DNA from: Lachnospiraceae bacterium
GTDB taxonomy: Bacteria; Bacillota; Clostridia; Lachnospirales; Lachnospiraceae
NCBI GenBank assembly: GCA_051888795.1
Contig: JBJFCD010000199.1
Location: 12,509 to 76,508, forward strand
Direction of reading: 5' to 3'
DNA: 64,000 bases
A program made the position numbers and the translations under genes. The notes below the pieces were generated by a model. It ran no database searches, had not been told where the DNA came from, and saw only the letters and a program-made list of their open reading frames with translations. Of the stretch, positions 38,738 through 49,645 are shown piece by piece (positions within the stretch are counted from its first letter, which is position 1; every line of letters begins with the position of its first letter).

Positions 38738-40036
38738 ATGAGAAGAATGAAAACGAAAATATTAGAGCTTATGACAGTTTTGTTTCTCGTACTGTTAATC
38801 TGTCCGGCAATGACGGCAAAAGCAGACGATAATGAATATTGGATTTCAAAGAGAAATTTTAAAGAAACAGTATATATGCCTATAGGAAATCAGAAAAAAG
38901 ACGGCATATGTATGCACTTGAATTTGCCTGCCAACTCAAAAAATTATAAGGTGTCAGTAAATAATAAAAAGCTTTTAAAAGCAAAAATGCAGTATGGAGT
39001 ATTGGTTTTATATCCTAAAAAGACAGGAACTGTAAAAGTGACAGTCACTGCAGTTTCTAATGGGAAAAAAGTTAAAAGTAAAGGTACAATTAAACTGGTA
39101 AAATATGAAAATCCATTCAAGACCTTGAAAATTGGAGGAAAGAGTTATCGTAAAAAAATAACTATGAGATGTATCCACGATGGATTTAATATTGCAAATA
39201 AAACTTCCATGAAGATCAATTACAAATTAAAATCTGGATGGAAATTTGTCTCGAAAGACGTAGCTATAGAAGACGAAGAAGGAAATGTTAAGAGCTGGAA
39301 TATTAAAAATGGGAAAACGTATACATGGCCTAAAGGAAACGATATGCAGGTGTATATGATTTTGAAAAATAAAAAGCATGGTGGTTTAGTTTATGTCAAT
39401 TTAGAATTTTACCATACGGAAGATTTTGAGACGGCTACAGTAAAAACACAGTATCGTTATTGTGATAAAATTACAACAACCAGCACTTCATCCAGTTTAA
39501 GTGGATGGACATTATATGATACAACTACTGAGTGGGGAAGCTGGGGCAATTGGAGTGCATGGAGTGCAACTGCTCAGACGGCAAGTGATTCAAAGCAAGT
39601 GGAGACAAGAAAAGAGTATCGTTATTATTGCTTCTACTGTCCGGTATGTGGTGGTCGGGAACCGCTTCAGGGAGCCAGTGATTGTAAGAAATACACATTG
39701 TCAGCAAGTAACTGGCAGGAAAAATGGTTCCCTATAGCATATTCAAGTTCAAATTCCTCTACATATTCTTATGCGACATATAAGAGATACACGACATCTC
39801 TGGGAGACGGATTAAGATGGAATTTTAGTAGTGGAAATTTAAATTCTACAGCAGTTGGTACAATAGATTCGGATTCTTCTGCAGTCGTTATCAGAAATGC
39901 GTACCGTTATCGCACCAGAACGAAAAATACGATTTATCATTTCTATAAATGGGGCAATTGGAGTGCGTGGAGTGATACAAAATATACACCAACTGCGAAC
40001 CGGAAAGTAGAGACAAGGACAGTAACAGTGAAGTAA
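38738..40036 (+). CDS. Secreted protein, apparently chimeric, with two WGNWSAWS motifs and a CxxC
   Basis: Signal peptide; Lys-rich N-half ending at about EFYH; Thr/Ser/Trp-rich C-half; ATG 38738 after AAGGAG. Confidence 0.65.
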   Translation: MRRMKTKILELMTVLFLVLLICPAMTAKADDNEYWISKRNFKETVYMPIGNQKKDGICMHLNLPANSKNYKVSVNNKKLLKAKMQYGVLVLYPKKTGTVKVTVTAVSNGKKVKSKGTIKLVKYENPFKTLKIGGKSYRKKITMRCIHDGFNIANKTSMKINYKLKSGWKFVSKDVAIEDEEGNVKSWNIKNGKTYTWPKGNDMQVYMILKNKKHGGLVYVNLEFYHTEDFETATVKTQYRYCDKITTTSTSSSLSGWTLYDTTTEWGSWGNWSAWSATAQTASDSKQVETRKEYRYYCFYCPVCGGREPLQGASDCKKYTLSASNWQEKWFPIAYSSSNSSTYSYATYKRYTTSLGDGLRWNFSSGNLNSTAVGTIDSDSSAVVIRNAYRYRTRTKNTIYHFYKWGNWSAWSDTKYTPTANRKVETRTVTVK

Positions 40037-40062
40037 ACGAAACATGAGCTCAAAAAACTGTC

Positions 40063-40091
40063 TTGACTTTCAAAATTATTTGTGTTACTGT
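40063..40091 (+). promoter_or_regulatory. Probable sigma-A promoter of the trp leader
   Basis: TTGACT-17-(TGT)TACTGT. Confidence 0.5.
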
Positions 40092-40109
40092 AATTATAGT
40101 TTAATATGG

Positions 40110-40418
40110 TAAACCGATGAAGCGGAGATAACGTCAGTGATGCCTTTACAGAGAGCCTGAGGTGCTGAGATTCAGGTGAGAAACAAGTTGGCAAATGGGT
40201 CGCTGAGGGTGCAGTCAAATGTGAACAATATATAGAGAGTATATGATAATGGAAGTTTCACAGAGTATTCTGCAACGTGTGGGCATACGTCAGTTGCCAG
40301 GGATATGCAGGTATCCTGTTAAGTGCATGGGGTCGTACCCGTGAATTCAAGGTGGCACCGCGGATAGAGATTTTTATTCGTCCTTGACAGAAAAGTATTT
40401 CTGTCAAGGACGTTTTTG
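40110..40418 (+). ncRNA. T-box riboswitch (Trp specifier)
   Basis: AGAGAG box, GGTGCTGAGA apical motif, specifier UGG at 40196-40198, T-box AATTCAAGGTGGCACCGCGG at 40344-40363, terminator CGTCCTTGACAGAAA/TTTCTGTCAAGGACG plus T-run at 40379-40417. Confidence 0.92.
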
Positions 40419-40451
40419 TATGCTTTTTTATCATTACAGGAGGTGGAGACA

Positions 40452-41918
40452 ATGAAAATTTTACCGGATTTCAGTGAAGTTAAGAAGATTGCAGATACAG
40501 GTCAGTACAAGGTGCTGCCGGTCAGCTGTGAGATCTTATCGGACTTCACGACACCTATTGAGACTATGAGGATACTGAAAAATGTATCAACACACTGTTA
40601 TATGCTGGAATCAGCCTGGGCGAATGATAAATGGGGACGCTATACGTTTCTCGGATTTGATCCGAAACTTGAAGTCACATGTATAGATGGAGAGATGAAG
40701 GCCGGAAATATCAAATTTAAAACCGATGATCCGTCCGGATATCTTCGACAGATTCTCGCGGATTATAAAAGTCCCCGTTTTGATTACCTTCCATCTTTCA
40801 CAGGTGGTCTGGTTGGATATTTTTCTTATGACTATCTCGGTTACAGCGAGCCGAAGGTCAAATGTGATGTGGAAGATACAGAAGCATTCAGGGATGTTGA
40901 CTTGATGCTTTTTGATAAAGTAATTGCATTTGACAATTTCAGGCAAAAGATTATTCTTATTGTAAACATGCCGCTTGATGAGCCGGAGACAGGATACAAC
41001 AAAGCGGTTATGGAATTAAAACAGCTAGTGGAACTTCTGCAAACTGGAGAAAAGAAAAAAGAGCCGGGCGGACATCTCCTGGGGGAAGTTACACCTTTGT
41101 TTGATAAAGATACTTATTGCGGCATGGTCGAAAAAGCAAAGAATTACATTCGCGAGGGAGACATTTTTCAGATTGTACTTTCAAACCGCTTGAGCGCTTC
41201 CTTTGACGGAAGTCTTTTAAATACCTACCGCGTTCTGAGAACCATCAATCCATCACCATATATGTTTTATTTTTCTGGAATGGATGTTGAGGTTGCCGGA
41301 GCATCACCGGAGACGCTTGTAAAGCTAGAAAACGGAGTCCTTCATACGTTCCCACTTGCGGGAACCAGACCGAGAGGTAAAACGGATGAGGAAGATAAAG
41401 TGTTGGAAGCAGAGCTTCTTGCCGATGAAAAGGAGCTTGCCGAACATAACATGCTTGTAGATCTGGGAAGAAACGATCTCGGAAAGATCAGTAAGTTTGG
41501 GACAGTTCAGGTTGAAAAATTACATTCCATTGAACGGTATTCTCACGTCATGCATATAGGTTCCACTGTTCGGGGTGAAATCAGTAAAGAGCATGATGCA
41601 TTAGATGCAATAGAAGCAGTTCTCCCGGCGGGAACGCTTTCCGGGGCTCCGAAAATCAGAGCATGTCAGCTTATAGGAGAACTTGAGAATAATAAACGTG
41701 GTATTTACGGCGGTGCCATCGGATATATCGATTTTACAGGAAATATGGATAGTTGTATTGCTATTCGGATTGCCTATAAGAAAAACGGCAAAGTGTTTGT
41801 CAGAAGCGGAGCTGGCATTGTGGCAGATTCCGTCCCGGAAAAAGAATATGAGGAGTGTATCAACAAGGCAAAAGCAGTTGTCAATGCCTTAAAGCTTGCA
41901 GAGGAGGCGGATGTATGA
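40452..41918 (+). CDS. trpE: Anthranilate synthase component I
   Basis: [42 protein letters not shown]. Confidence 0.96.
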   Translation: MKILPDFSEVKKIADTGQYKVLPVSCEILSDFTTPIETMRILKNVSTHCYMLESAWANDKWGRYTFLGFDPKLEVTCIDGEMKAGNIKFKTDDPSGYLRQILADYKSPRFDYLPSFTGGLVGYFSYDYLGYSEPKVKCDVEDTEAFRDVDLMLFDKVIAFDNFRQKIILIVNMPLDEPETGYNKAVMELKQLVELLQTGEKKKEPGGHLLGEVTPLFDKDTYCGMVEKAKNYIREGDIFQIVLSNRLSASFDGSLLNTYRVLRTINPSPYMFYFSGMDVEVAGASPETLVKLENGVLHTFPLAGTRPRGKTDEEDKVLEAELLADEKELAEHNMLVDLGRNDLGKISKFGTVQVEKLHSIERYSHVMHIGSTVRGEISKEHDALDAIEAVLPAGTLSGAPKIRACQLIGELENNKRGIYGGAIGYIDFTGNMDSCIAIRIAYKKNGKVFVRSGAGIVADSVPEKEYEECINKAKAVVNALKLAEEADV

Positions 41919-42484
41919 TCTTACTTATTGATAATTATGACAGTTTTTCTTATAACCTGTATCAGCTTATAGGAGAGATTGACCCGAATATAAAGGTTAT
42001 CCGCAATGATGAAATGACAGTGGAAGAAACCAGAACATTAAAGCCTGACCGTATTATTCTTTCACCCGGACCTGGGCGGCCTGAGGATGCAGGTGTAATT
42101 ATAGAAGTTGCAAAGAAACTTGGCAAAGAGATTCCGATTCTCGGTGTTTGCCTTGGTCATCAGGCTATTTGCGCAGCTTTTGGAGCTACGGTTACTTATG
42201 CGAAAGAATTGATGCATGGAAAACAGTCGGAAGTTATTTTTAATGAGAACTGTCTGTTATTTCGAGGATGTCCGGAGAAAGCACTTGTTGCCCGTTATCA
42301 TTCTCTTGCAGCAGATGCAGAGACAATTCCGGAATGTCTGAAAACGACTGCTGTTACGACAGACGGCGAAGTGATGGCAGTGCAGCATAAAGAATACCCT
42401 GTTTACGGCGTACAATTCCATCCTGAATCTATCATGACACCGGATGGTAAAACAATGTTAAGAAATTTTATAAAGGAGATGTAA
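41915..42484 (+). CDS. trpG: Anthranilate synthase component II (glutamine amidotransferase)
   Basis: [25 protein letters not shown]. Confidence 0.95.
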   Translation: MILLIDNYDSFSYNLYQLIGEIDPNIKVIRNDEMTVEETRTLKPDRIILSPGPGRPEDAGVIIEVAKKLGKEIPILGVCLGHQAICAAFGATVTYAKELMHGKQSEVIFNENCLLFRGCPEKALVARYHSLAADAETIPECLKTTAVTTDGEVMAVQHKEYPVYGVQFHPESIMTPDGKTMLRNFIKEM

Positions 42485-42488
42485 AGCT

Positions 42489-43514
42489 ATGATCAAAGAA
42501 GCAATTGTAAAAATCGTAAATAAACAGGATCTCACTTATGATGAGGCCTATACTGTGATGAATGAGATTATGAGTGGTGAGACGACACCGACGCAGAATG
42601 CGGCATTTCTCGCAGCGCTTTCTACAAAAAGCGCAAGAGCTGAGACTACAGATGAGATTGCCGGATGTGCTGCTGCTATGAGAGCTCATGCAGTTAAAGT
42701 GGAGACGGATATGGAACTTTTTGAAATTGTTGGTACCGGTGGGGATAATGCTCACAGCTTTAATATTTCCACCACTTCTGCACTTGTTGCGACAGCAGGA
42801 GGTATCAAGGTTGCAAAGCATGGAAATCGTGCTGCTTCCTCACAGTGCGGAACAGCGGACTGTCTGGAAGCACTGGGCGTTAACATTCAGCAGAGTCCGG
42901 AAAAATGTATTGAGCTTTTGAATGAAGTTGGCATGTGCTTTTTCTTCGCACAGAAGTACCATACATCTATGAAATATGTAGGTGCGATCCGAAAAGAACT
43001 GGGATTTCGTACAGTATTTAATATTCTTGGACCGCTTACAAACCCAGGGAGCCCATCCATGCAGCTTTTGGGAGTATATGACGCTTATCTGATTGAGCCT
43101 CTGGCACGGGTACTGATAAGTCTTGGAGTGAAACGTGGTATGGTAGTTTACGGACAGGATAAGCTGGATGAGATTTCTATGAGTTCTCCGACTTCTGTTT
43201 GTGAGATCAAAGACGGATGGTATAAAACTTATGTGATTACTCCGGAAGATTTTGGACTTGAACGCTGTACGAAAGAGGAGCTTGTAGGTGGAACTCCTGA
43301 AGAAAATGCGAAGATAACACGAGAAATTTTAAGTGGTGAGAAAGGACCTAAGAGAAATGCAGTTCTTATGAATGCAGGTGCTTCTCTCTATATTGGTGGA
43401 AAAGCTGACAGTCTGAAAGACGGTATCGCTCTTGCCGGTGAATTGATCGATTCTGGGAAAGCATTGGAGACATTGAACAAACTGATTGAAATCAGCAACC
43501 GTCCGGAGGTATAA
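42489..43514 (+). CDS. trpD: Anthranilate phosphoribosyltransferase
   Basis: [28 protein letters not shown]. Confidence 0.97.
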   Translation: MIKEAIVKIVNKQDLTYDEAYTVMNEIMSGETTPTQNAAFLAALSTKSARAETTDEIAGCAAAMRAHAVKVETDMELFEIVGTGGDNAHSFNISTTSALVATAGGIKVAKHGNRAASSQCGTADCLEALGVNIQQSPEKCIELLNEVGMCFFFAQKYHTSMKYVGAIRKELGFRTVFNILGPLTNPGSPSMQLLGVYDAYLIEPLARVLISLGVKRGMVVYGQDKLDEISMSSPTSVCEIKDGWYKTYVITPEDFGLERCTKEELVGGTPEENAKITREILSGEKGPKRNAVLMNAGASLYIGGKADSLKDGIALAGELIDSGKALETLNKLIEISNRPEV

Positions 43515-43516
43515 AT

Positions 43517-44299
43517 ATGACGATTCTTGAACAGCTTGCCGGGTACGCAAAAGAGCGTACTGAGTATGCGAAAAAGAAAGTATCTCTTCAGGATATGAGA
43601 CAGCAGGCGCTGTCGCTTCCTAAAGGAACCTTCGCTTTTGAAAATGCATTGAAAGGATCGGACATTTCCTTTATCTGCGAGTGCAAGAAAGCTTCTCCTT
43701 CTAAAGGGCTGATTGCTCCTGATTTTCCTTATCTGCAGATTGCAAAAGAATATGAGGCGGCGGGAGGTGACTGTATTTCGGTATTAACGGAACCAAAATG
43801 GTTCCTCGGAAGAGATGAGTATCTGAAAGAGATTGCAGACACAGTTTCCATTCCCTGCCTTCGCAAAGATTTTACAGTAGATGAATATATGATCTATGAG
43901 GCAAAAATGCTTGGCGCGTCGGCAGTTCTTCTGATCTGTTCAATCCTCAGTAAAGAGCAGATCAGAGAGTATATTGGAATTTGCGATACACTCGGACTTT
44001 CGGCACTGGTGGAAGCGCACGATGAAAAGGAAGTGGAAATGGCACTGGGCGCAGGCGCACGCATGATAGGTGTAAATAACCGAAATCTCAAGGATTTCAC
44101 AGTGGACACGGATAATAGCCGAAGGCTCCGTGAGAGGATTCCTGAGGATATATTATTTGTCTCGGAAAGTGGTGTGAAAACTAATGCGGATGTAGAGCGA
44201 CTTCGTGAAATCGGAGCCGATGCAGTGTTGATTGGTGAAACTCTTATGAGAGCATCCGATAAAAAAGCAAAACTCGATGAACTGCGAGGTGTATTATGA
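43517..44299 (+). CDS. trpC: Indole-3-glycerol phosphate synthase
   Basis: ECKKASPSKG, SVLTE, LRKDF, GVNNRNL, SESG. Confidence 0.97.
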   Translation: MTILEQLAGYAKERTEYAKKKVSLQDMRQQALSLPKGTFAFENALKGSDISFICECKKASPSKGLIAPDFPYLQIAKEYEAAGGDCISVLTEPKWFLGRDEYLKEIADTVSIPCLRKDFTVDEYMIYEAKMLGASAVLLICSILSKEQIREYIGICDTLGLSALVEAHDEKEVEMALGAGARMIGVNNRNLKDFTVDTDNSRRLRERIPEDILFVSESGVKTNADVERLREIGADAVLIGETLMRASDKKAKLDELRGVL

Positions 44300-44901
44300 C
44301 AAAGATCAAGCTTTGCGGCCTTTCCAGAATTTATGATATAGAAGCTGTCAATGAACTGAAACCGGAGTATGTCGGATTCGTTTTGGCACAAAAAAGTAAA
44401 CGGTATGTTACATCCAAAAAAGCAAAAGAACTAAAACAGCTTCTTGATCCTGGGATAAAGGCTGTGGGAGTGTTTGTAAAAGAGGAACCTCAAGTCGTTG
44501 CCGGTCTCTTAAACGAAGGAATTATAGATATCGCACAGCTTCACGGAGGGGAAGACGAAAGTTACATTCAGCATCTCAGGAGACTTACAGATAAGCCAAT
44601 TATAAAGGCATTTCGTATTGAAACGAAAGAAGATGCTGATGATGCACAGCTAAGCAGTGCTGATTATATACTGCTTGATTCAGGAAGCGGCGGTACGGGG
44701 AAAGCATTTAACTGGGAATTGATACAACATTTGAAGCGACCGTATTTCCTTGCCGGAGGCCTTGGATCGGGTAATGTAAAAGAGGCAATAGAAATGTTAA
44801 GACCTTATGCAGTAGATGTCAGTTCCAGTATGGAAACGAATGGAGTGAAAGATAAAGATAAAATGGCAGCATTTGTAGCTGCTGTCAGAAAGGAAGGATA
44901 A
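44296..44901 (+). CDS. trpF: Phosphoribosylanthranilate isomerase
   Basis: KIKLCGL, QLHG, LAGGL, VDVSS. Confidence 0.95.
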   Translation: MTKIKLCGLSRIYDIEAVNELKPEYVGFVLAQKSKRYVTSKKAKELKQLLDPGIKAVGVFVKEEPQVVAGLLNEGIIDIAQLHGGEDESYIQHLRRLTDKPIIKAFRIETKEDADDAQLSSADYILLDSGSGGTGKAFNWELIQHLKRPYFLAGGLGSGNVKEAIEMLRPYAVDVSSSMETNGVKDKDKMAAFVAAVRKEG

Positions 44902-44903
44902 CT

Positions 44904-46094
44904 ATGACAAATCCAAACGGACGTTTTGGCATTCATGGAGGGCAGTATATTCCGGAGACCTTAATGAATGCGGTTATTGAACTAGAAGAAGCGTATAATT
45001 TTTATAAAAATGATCCTGAATTCAACAGAGAGCTTACGGAACTGTTTAATGAATATGCGGGGAGACCTTCAAGGCTTTATTATGCAGAGAAGATGACCAG
45101 AGATTTAGGCGGCGCAAAAATCTATCTCAAGCGAGAGGATTTAAATCACACAGGTGCCCACAAAATTAATAATGTGCTGGGACAGGCGCTTCTTGCAAAG
45201 AAAATGGGTAAGACGAGACTTATTGCAGAAACAGGAGCGGGTCAGCATGGAGTTGCTTCAGCAACTGCCGCAGCTCTTTTGGGAATGGAATGTGTGGTTT
45301 TCATGGGCGAAGAGGATACGATCCGTCAGGCGCTTAATGTTTACCGCATGCGGCTTCTGGGCGCAGAAGTCATTCCTGTAAAAACAGGAACTGCAACATT
45401 AAAGGATGCCGTGTCTGAAGCGATGAGAGAGTGGACCTCCCGTATCGATGATACCCATTATTGTCTCGGCTCAGTGATGGGACCGCATCCATTTCCGACA
45501 ATTGTGCGCGATTTTCAGGCAGTTATATCTAAAGAAATCAAAGAGCAGATCCTTGAGAAAGAAGGAAGACTGCCGGATGCAGTCATTGCCTGTGTAGGAG
45601 GAGGTTCCAACGCAATTGGAAGTTTCTATCATTTTATTGATGATAAGGATGTGAAACTGATTGGATGTGAAGCAGCAGGACGAGGAATTGATACTTTTGA
45701 GACTGCGGCGACTGTCAATACAGGAAGAGTCGGTATCTTCCATGGGATGAAGTCCTATTTCTGCCAGGATGAGTACGGACAGATTGCCCCTGTCTATTCC
45801 ATATCTGCAGGTCTTGATTATCCGGGAGTTGGACCGGAGCATGCTTATCTGCATGATTGTGGCCGCGCAGAATATGTTCCGGTTACCGATGAAGAAGCAG
45901 TGTGTGCTTTTGAATATTTGGCAAAAACAGAAGGCATCATTCCGGCTATCGAATCAGCACATGCGGTTGCGCATGCAATGAAGATTGCACCTGAAATGGA
46001 GAAAGACCAGATCATTGTTATTACTATTTCCGGCAGAGGCGACAAAGACTGTGCTGCCATTGCCCGCTACAGAGGGGAGGATATCCATGAGTAA
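44904..46094 (+). CDS. trpB: Tryptophan synthase beta chain
   Basis: [35 protein letters not shown]. Confidence 0.98.
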   Translation: MTNPNGRFGIHGGQYIPETLMNAVIELEEAYNFYKNDPEFNRELTELFNEYAGRPSRLYYAEKMTRDLGGAKIYLKREDLNHTGAHKINNVLGQALLAKKMGKTRLIAETGAGQHGVASATAAALLGMECVVFMGEEDTIRQALNVYRMRLLGAEVIPVKTGTATLKDAVSEAMREWTSRIDDTHYCLGSVMGPHPFPTIVRDFQAVISKEIKEQILEKEGRLPDAVIACVGGGSNAIGSFYHFIDDKDVKLIGCEAAGRGIDTFETAATVNTGRVGIFHGMKSYFCQDEYGQIAPVYSISAGLDYPGVGPEHAYLHDCGRAEYVPVTDEEAVCAFEYLAKTEGIIPAIESAHAVAHAMKIAPEMEKDQIIVITISGRGDKDCAAIARYRGEDIHE

Positions 46095-46857
46095 CATAAG
46101 AAAAGCATTTGAAAACGGAAAGGCATTCATTCCATTTATTACCTGTGGTGATCCGGACTTGGAGACAACGGCTGCCAGTGTACGCGCGGCTGTGGAAAAT
46201 GGCGCAGACCTGATTGAGCTTGGAATACCGTTTTCTGATCCTACAGCAGAGGGACCGGTCATCCAGGGAGCTAATATCCGTGCATTGAGTGGTGGCGTGA
46301 CGACAGATAAGATTTTTGATTTTGTTAGAGATCTGCGACGTGACATAAAAGTACCGATGGTATTTATGACTTATGCGAATGTAGTGTTTTCCTACGGGGC
46401 AGAGCGTTTTATCTCTACATGCCGTGATATTGGGATTGACGGGCTTATTCTTCCGGATCTGCCATTTGAGGAGAAAGAAGAATTTCTGCCGATTTGTCAT
46501 AAGTATGAGGTGGATTTAATATCTCTTATTGCACCGACATCCGAAAATCGTATTTCGATGATTGCAAAAGAAGCAGAAGGCTTTTTGTACATCGTTTCAA
46601 GTCTGGGTGTGACAGGAACCAGAAGTGAGATAAAGACAGATCTTGCTTCTATTGTTGAAGTAGTCCGGCAGAATACAGATATCCCGTGCGCCATAGGATT
46701 TGGTATTTCTACCCCGGAACAGGCAAAGAAAATGTCGGATATTTCGGACGGAGCGATTGTCGGTTCTGCGATTATCAAGATTCTCTCCCAATATGGAAAA
46801 GAAGCACCAAGATATGTTGGTGAATATGTGAAGTCAATGAAAGATGCGATGAGATAG
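46087..46857 (+). CDS. trpA: Tryptophan synthase alpha chain
   Basis: [29 protein letters not shown]; ATG 46087 overlaps the trpB end. Confidence 0.97.
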   Translation: MSNIRKAFENGKAFIPFITCGDPDLETTAASVRAAVENGADLIELGIPFSDPTAEGPVIQGANIRALSGGVTTDKIFDFVRDLRRDIKVPMVFMTYANVVFSYGAERFISTCRDIGIDGLILPDLPFEEKEEFLPICHKYEVDLISLIAPTSENRISMIAKEAEGFLYIVSSLGVTGTRSEIKTDLASIVEVVRQNTDIPCAIGFGISTPEQAKKMSDISDGAIVGSAIIKILSQYGKEAPRYVGEYVKSMKDAMR

Positions 46858-46881
46858 AATAAGATTAAGAAGAGAAGAGTG

Positions 46882-46918
46882 GCACATTTGTTCATAGTAA
46901 CGAATGTGCTGCTTTTTT
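46882..46918 (+). terminator. trp operon intrinsic terminator
   Basis: GCACATTTGTT..AACGAATGTGC followed by TGCTTTTTT. Confidence 0.65.
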
Positions 46919-46963
46919 ACTCTATGTTCTGATTTTCTTTCGAAAATCTTCAGAAATATTATA

Positions 46964-46992
46964 TTGACACACAATATTATATGACATATAAT
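46964..46992 (+). promoter_or_regulatory. Consensus sigma-A promoter of the PadR operon
   Basis: TTGACA-17-TATAAT exact. Confidence 0.85.
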
Positions 46993-47052
46993 ATGACTAA
47001 ACAAATAATATTATAAAAACAAGAACCTGCGAAGTAAAAGAGGAGTGGGCAT

Positions 47053-47376
47053 ATGGTATTTAACACAGGAGCAGCACTGCTGGATGCAATTGTACTGGCG
47101 GTTGTATCCAGAGACAAGGAAGGCACTTATGGCTACAAGATCACACAGGATGTGAGGAAAGCTATAGATGTATCAGAATCTACATTATATCCGGTGCTAA
47201 GAAGACTTCAGAAGGATGATTGCCTGGAAGTATATGACCAGCAGTTTGACGGACGAAACCGGAGATACTATAAGGTGACGGAAAAAGGAATGGCACAGCT
47301 TAATCTGTATCGGGTAGAGTGGAAGAATTATTCCAGTAAGATTAATGGTTTGTTTGAAGGAGGAGAGACTGCATGA
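47053..47376 (+). CDS. PadR family transcriptional regulator
   Basis: YGYKI..SESTLYPVLRRL..GRNRRYY.VT..G. Confidence 0.93.
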   Translation: MVFNTGAALLDAIVLAVVSRDKEGTYGYKITQDVRKAIDVSESTLYPVLRRLQKDDCLEVYDQQFDGRNRRYYKVTEKGMAQLNLYRVEWKNYSSKINGLFEGGETA

Positions 47377-48035
47377 ATCGAATAGAATTTATGACTGAAC
47401 TGGCTGCGCTTTTGCAGAATTTACCGGAGGAAGAACGAAATGATGCGATGCAGTATTACAATGACTATTTCGATGATGCCGGAGAGGACAAAGAGCAGGA
47501 AGTAATTGCTGAATTGGAAAGCCCGAAAAAGGTTGCAGATAAAATCAAGGGAGATATTTTGGAAAATCAGGAAGAAGATTCCTCTTCAAAACAGTGTCCC
47601 GGACAATATAAAGCAGCTGAGTATGAATATACTGATGGAAAAGAGAAAAAACCATGGAGCAGCAATGCTTTGAAGATTATATTGATAATAGCGATTATTC
47701 TGGTGGGCGGACCGGTAATCATTCCGTGTACAATTGGAGTTCTGGCAGTAATCGTTGGCGGTGTGGCAGCATTATTTGCCATATTTATCGGTTTGGTAAT
47801 TTTATTTATTGCCCTGGCTATCGTAGGCGTCGCACTTGTAATTGCCGGAATAGCGGCGTTGATTCCGGAAATAGCAGTAGGTCTTGCTCTTTTAGGAGCT
47901 GGTCTGATCATTGGAGTAATAGGCGCGATTGGAACAGTGGCAAGTGTGAGACTATGTATCATTGTATTCCCGGGGATTATAAGAGGAATTGTATGGGTAT
48001 GCAGAAAACCTTTTCATAGGGAGGCGGTGTCATAA
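47373..48035 (+). CDS. DUF1700 (HAAS) membrane protein
   Basis: EFMTEL..L..EER..YY.DYFDDAG..LESPK plus hydrophobic C-half. Confidence 0.85.
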   Translation: MNRIEFMTELAALLQNLPEEERNDAMQYYNDYFDDAGEDKEQEVIAELESPKKVADKIKGDILENQEEDSSSKQCPGQYKAAEYEYTDGKEKKPWSSNALKIILIIAIILVGGPVIIPCTIGVLAVIVGGVAALFAIFIGLVILFIALAIVGVALVIAGIAALIPEIAVGLALLGAGLIIGVIGAIGTVASVRLCIIVFPGIIRGIVWVCRKPFHREAVS

Positions 48036-48037
48036 AA

Positions 48038-48976
48038 ATGAAAAAAGGATGGAAAATATTTTGGATTGTATGTGCATCTCTGGCTGCAGTTGGTTTGATA
48101 TGCTGTGCGGCATCTTTTGCACTGGGGGTAACTGTGGAAGCAATTGAAAGTCGTTATCCGCATGGAATTGCTATTTTTTCAGGGGATGATTATGAAGAAG
48201 ATTATTACGATGAAGATTATTACGATGAAGATTATTACGATGATTCAGAGAATAATGATTCGGACGGAGAAAATCACCATGAAGACAGTCATGAAAGTTC
48301 TGATATATCAGGAAATCAGGTAAAGGGTGATGGAGAGATATTTGAAGGAGTTGTTTCTGTTGACGGTGACATTTCTGCCGGAGAGGTTGAGATACGTACT
48401 GCAGAAGACCTCATGGATGGGATTAAGATTGTGACAGAAAATATAGATGAACGACTGAAACTCAAATATTATAAAGAAGGAAATGAGTTTAAGATCACAA
48501 CAAACAAAAAGATAACAGGGATAACCGGAACGAAAATCGGAAAAATCTGTATATATGTGCCAGCCGGATATACATTTGAAGAGTTTTCACTGGATATGAA
48601 AGCTGGAACTCTTTATATAGAAGACATACAGGCGAGAGAGTTGTCTGTTGAAATGGGAGCCGGGAAGGCGGATATCAGTAATTTTCATGCTGATGAAGCA
48701 GAGTTTGATTGTGGAACAGGCGAGATGAATGTTGCAGGAATTGCAGAGAAGGAAGCAGATCTTGATTGTGGTGTTGGTAAAATTTCTTATACAACATTGG
48801 GAAAAGAAGCAGATTACAATTATAAGATCAATTGCGGAGTCGGTAAGATTTCGTGTGGCAGCAATTCTTATTCCGGGCTTGGAGCAGACAAGAAGATTAA
48901 TAATAGCGCAGACAAAGAGATGAATATCGACTGCGGAGTTGGTGAAGTAACCGTAAAATTTGCAGAAAAATTATAA
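48038..48976 (+). CDS. DUF4097 beta-strand repeat protein
   Basis: N-terminal TM; repeated DCGVGKI-type motifs. Confidence 0.8.
   Translation: MKKGWKIFWIVCASLAAVGLICCAASFALGVTVEAIESRYPHGIAIFSGDDYEEDYYDEDYYDEDYYDDSENNDSDGENHHEDSHESSDISGNQVKGDGEIFEGVVSVDGDISAGEVEIRTAEDLMDGIKIVTENIDERLKLKYYKEGNEFKITTNKKITGITGTKIGKICIYVPAGYTFEEFSLDMKAGTLYIEDIQARELSVEMGAGKADISNFHADEAEFDCGTGEMNVAGIAEKEADLDCGVGKISYTTLGKEADYNYKINCGVGKISCGSNSYSGLGADKKINNSADKEMNIDCGVGEVTVKFAEKL
48197..48241 (+). repeat. In-frame 15-bp tandem repeat GAAGATTATTACGAT (EDYYD) x3
   Basis: Seen directly. Confidence 0.95.
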
Positions 48977-49007
48977 GATTTTATTTTTAATTAAGGAGGA
49001 AATGTTT

Positions 49008-49202
49008 ATGGAACCGAAAAAATTATACAGATCAAGAAATAATCGCATGATTTGTGGTGTGTGTGCAGGAATTGCAGAGTATTTTAACATAGACCCGACG
49101 CTGATTCGTCTGGGACTTGTACTCCTGGCCTGTACCGGAAGTGGAATCCTGGCATATTTTATTGCCGCAATCATAATTCCGGATGAGCCAAAAATAAATT
49201 AA
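49008..49202 (+). CDS. PspC domain protein
   Basis: KKLYRSRNNRMICGVCAGIAEYFNIDPTLIR; RBS AGGAGGA. Confidence 0.92.
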   Translation: MEPKKLYRSRNNRMICGVCAGIAEYFNIDPTLIRLGLVLLACTGSGILAYFIAAIIIPDEPKIN

Positions 49203-49226
49203 ATGAGGCGAGGTGTTCTCTTTTCG

Positions 49227-49255
49227 GTATATTTCCATAATTGTTGTCAATACTT
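49227..49255 (+). promoter_or_regulatory. Possible sigma-G/F forespore promoter
   Basis: GTATA-17-AATACTT upstream of the SASP gene. Confidence 0.45.
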
Positions 49256-49323
49256 ATCTTTAAGCATTGAGATTGCTGAAGTACTGTTATTGTACAGATT
49301 GGTGGCAGAAAGGAGAATACCTG

Positions 49324-49512
49324 ATGGCAAAAAAGGAACAAAAACCAATAAAACTTGATGAATTGACAAAGGAAGAAAAATTAAAATATGAAATTGCTGA
49401 AGAGCTGGGACTTTTAGATCAGGTAATGGAAAAAGGGTGGCGTTCACTTTCCTCGAAAGAGACAGGAAAAATAGGCGGAATGATTGCAAAAAGAAAAAAG
49501 ATGATTGAATAA
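49324..49512 (+). CDS. Small acid-soluble spore protein, alpha/beta type
   Basis: LKYEIAEELGL..GW..LSSKETGKIGG; RBS AAGGAG. Confidence 0.85.
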   Translation: MAKKEQKPIKLDELTKEEKLKYEIAEELGLLDQVMEKGWRSLSSKETGKIGGMIAKRKKMIE

Positions 49513-49645
49513 AAGTAACGAAAATATTACGAATATTAATTTGTATGAAAATTTCCTGACATATGTTGAAAATGATAAATCCCTTTGCTATAATGCGAAA
49601 AAGCCGGTATAGTGCTGATATTTGGCTTTAAGATGCAGGTGATAG

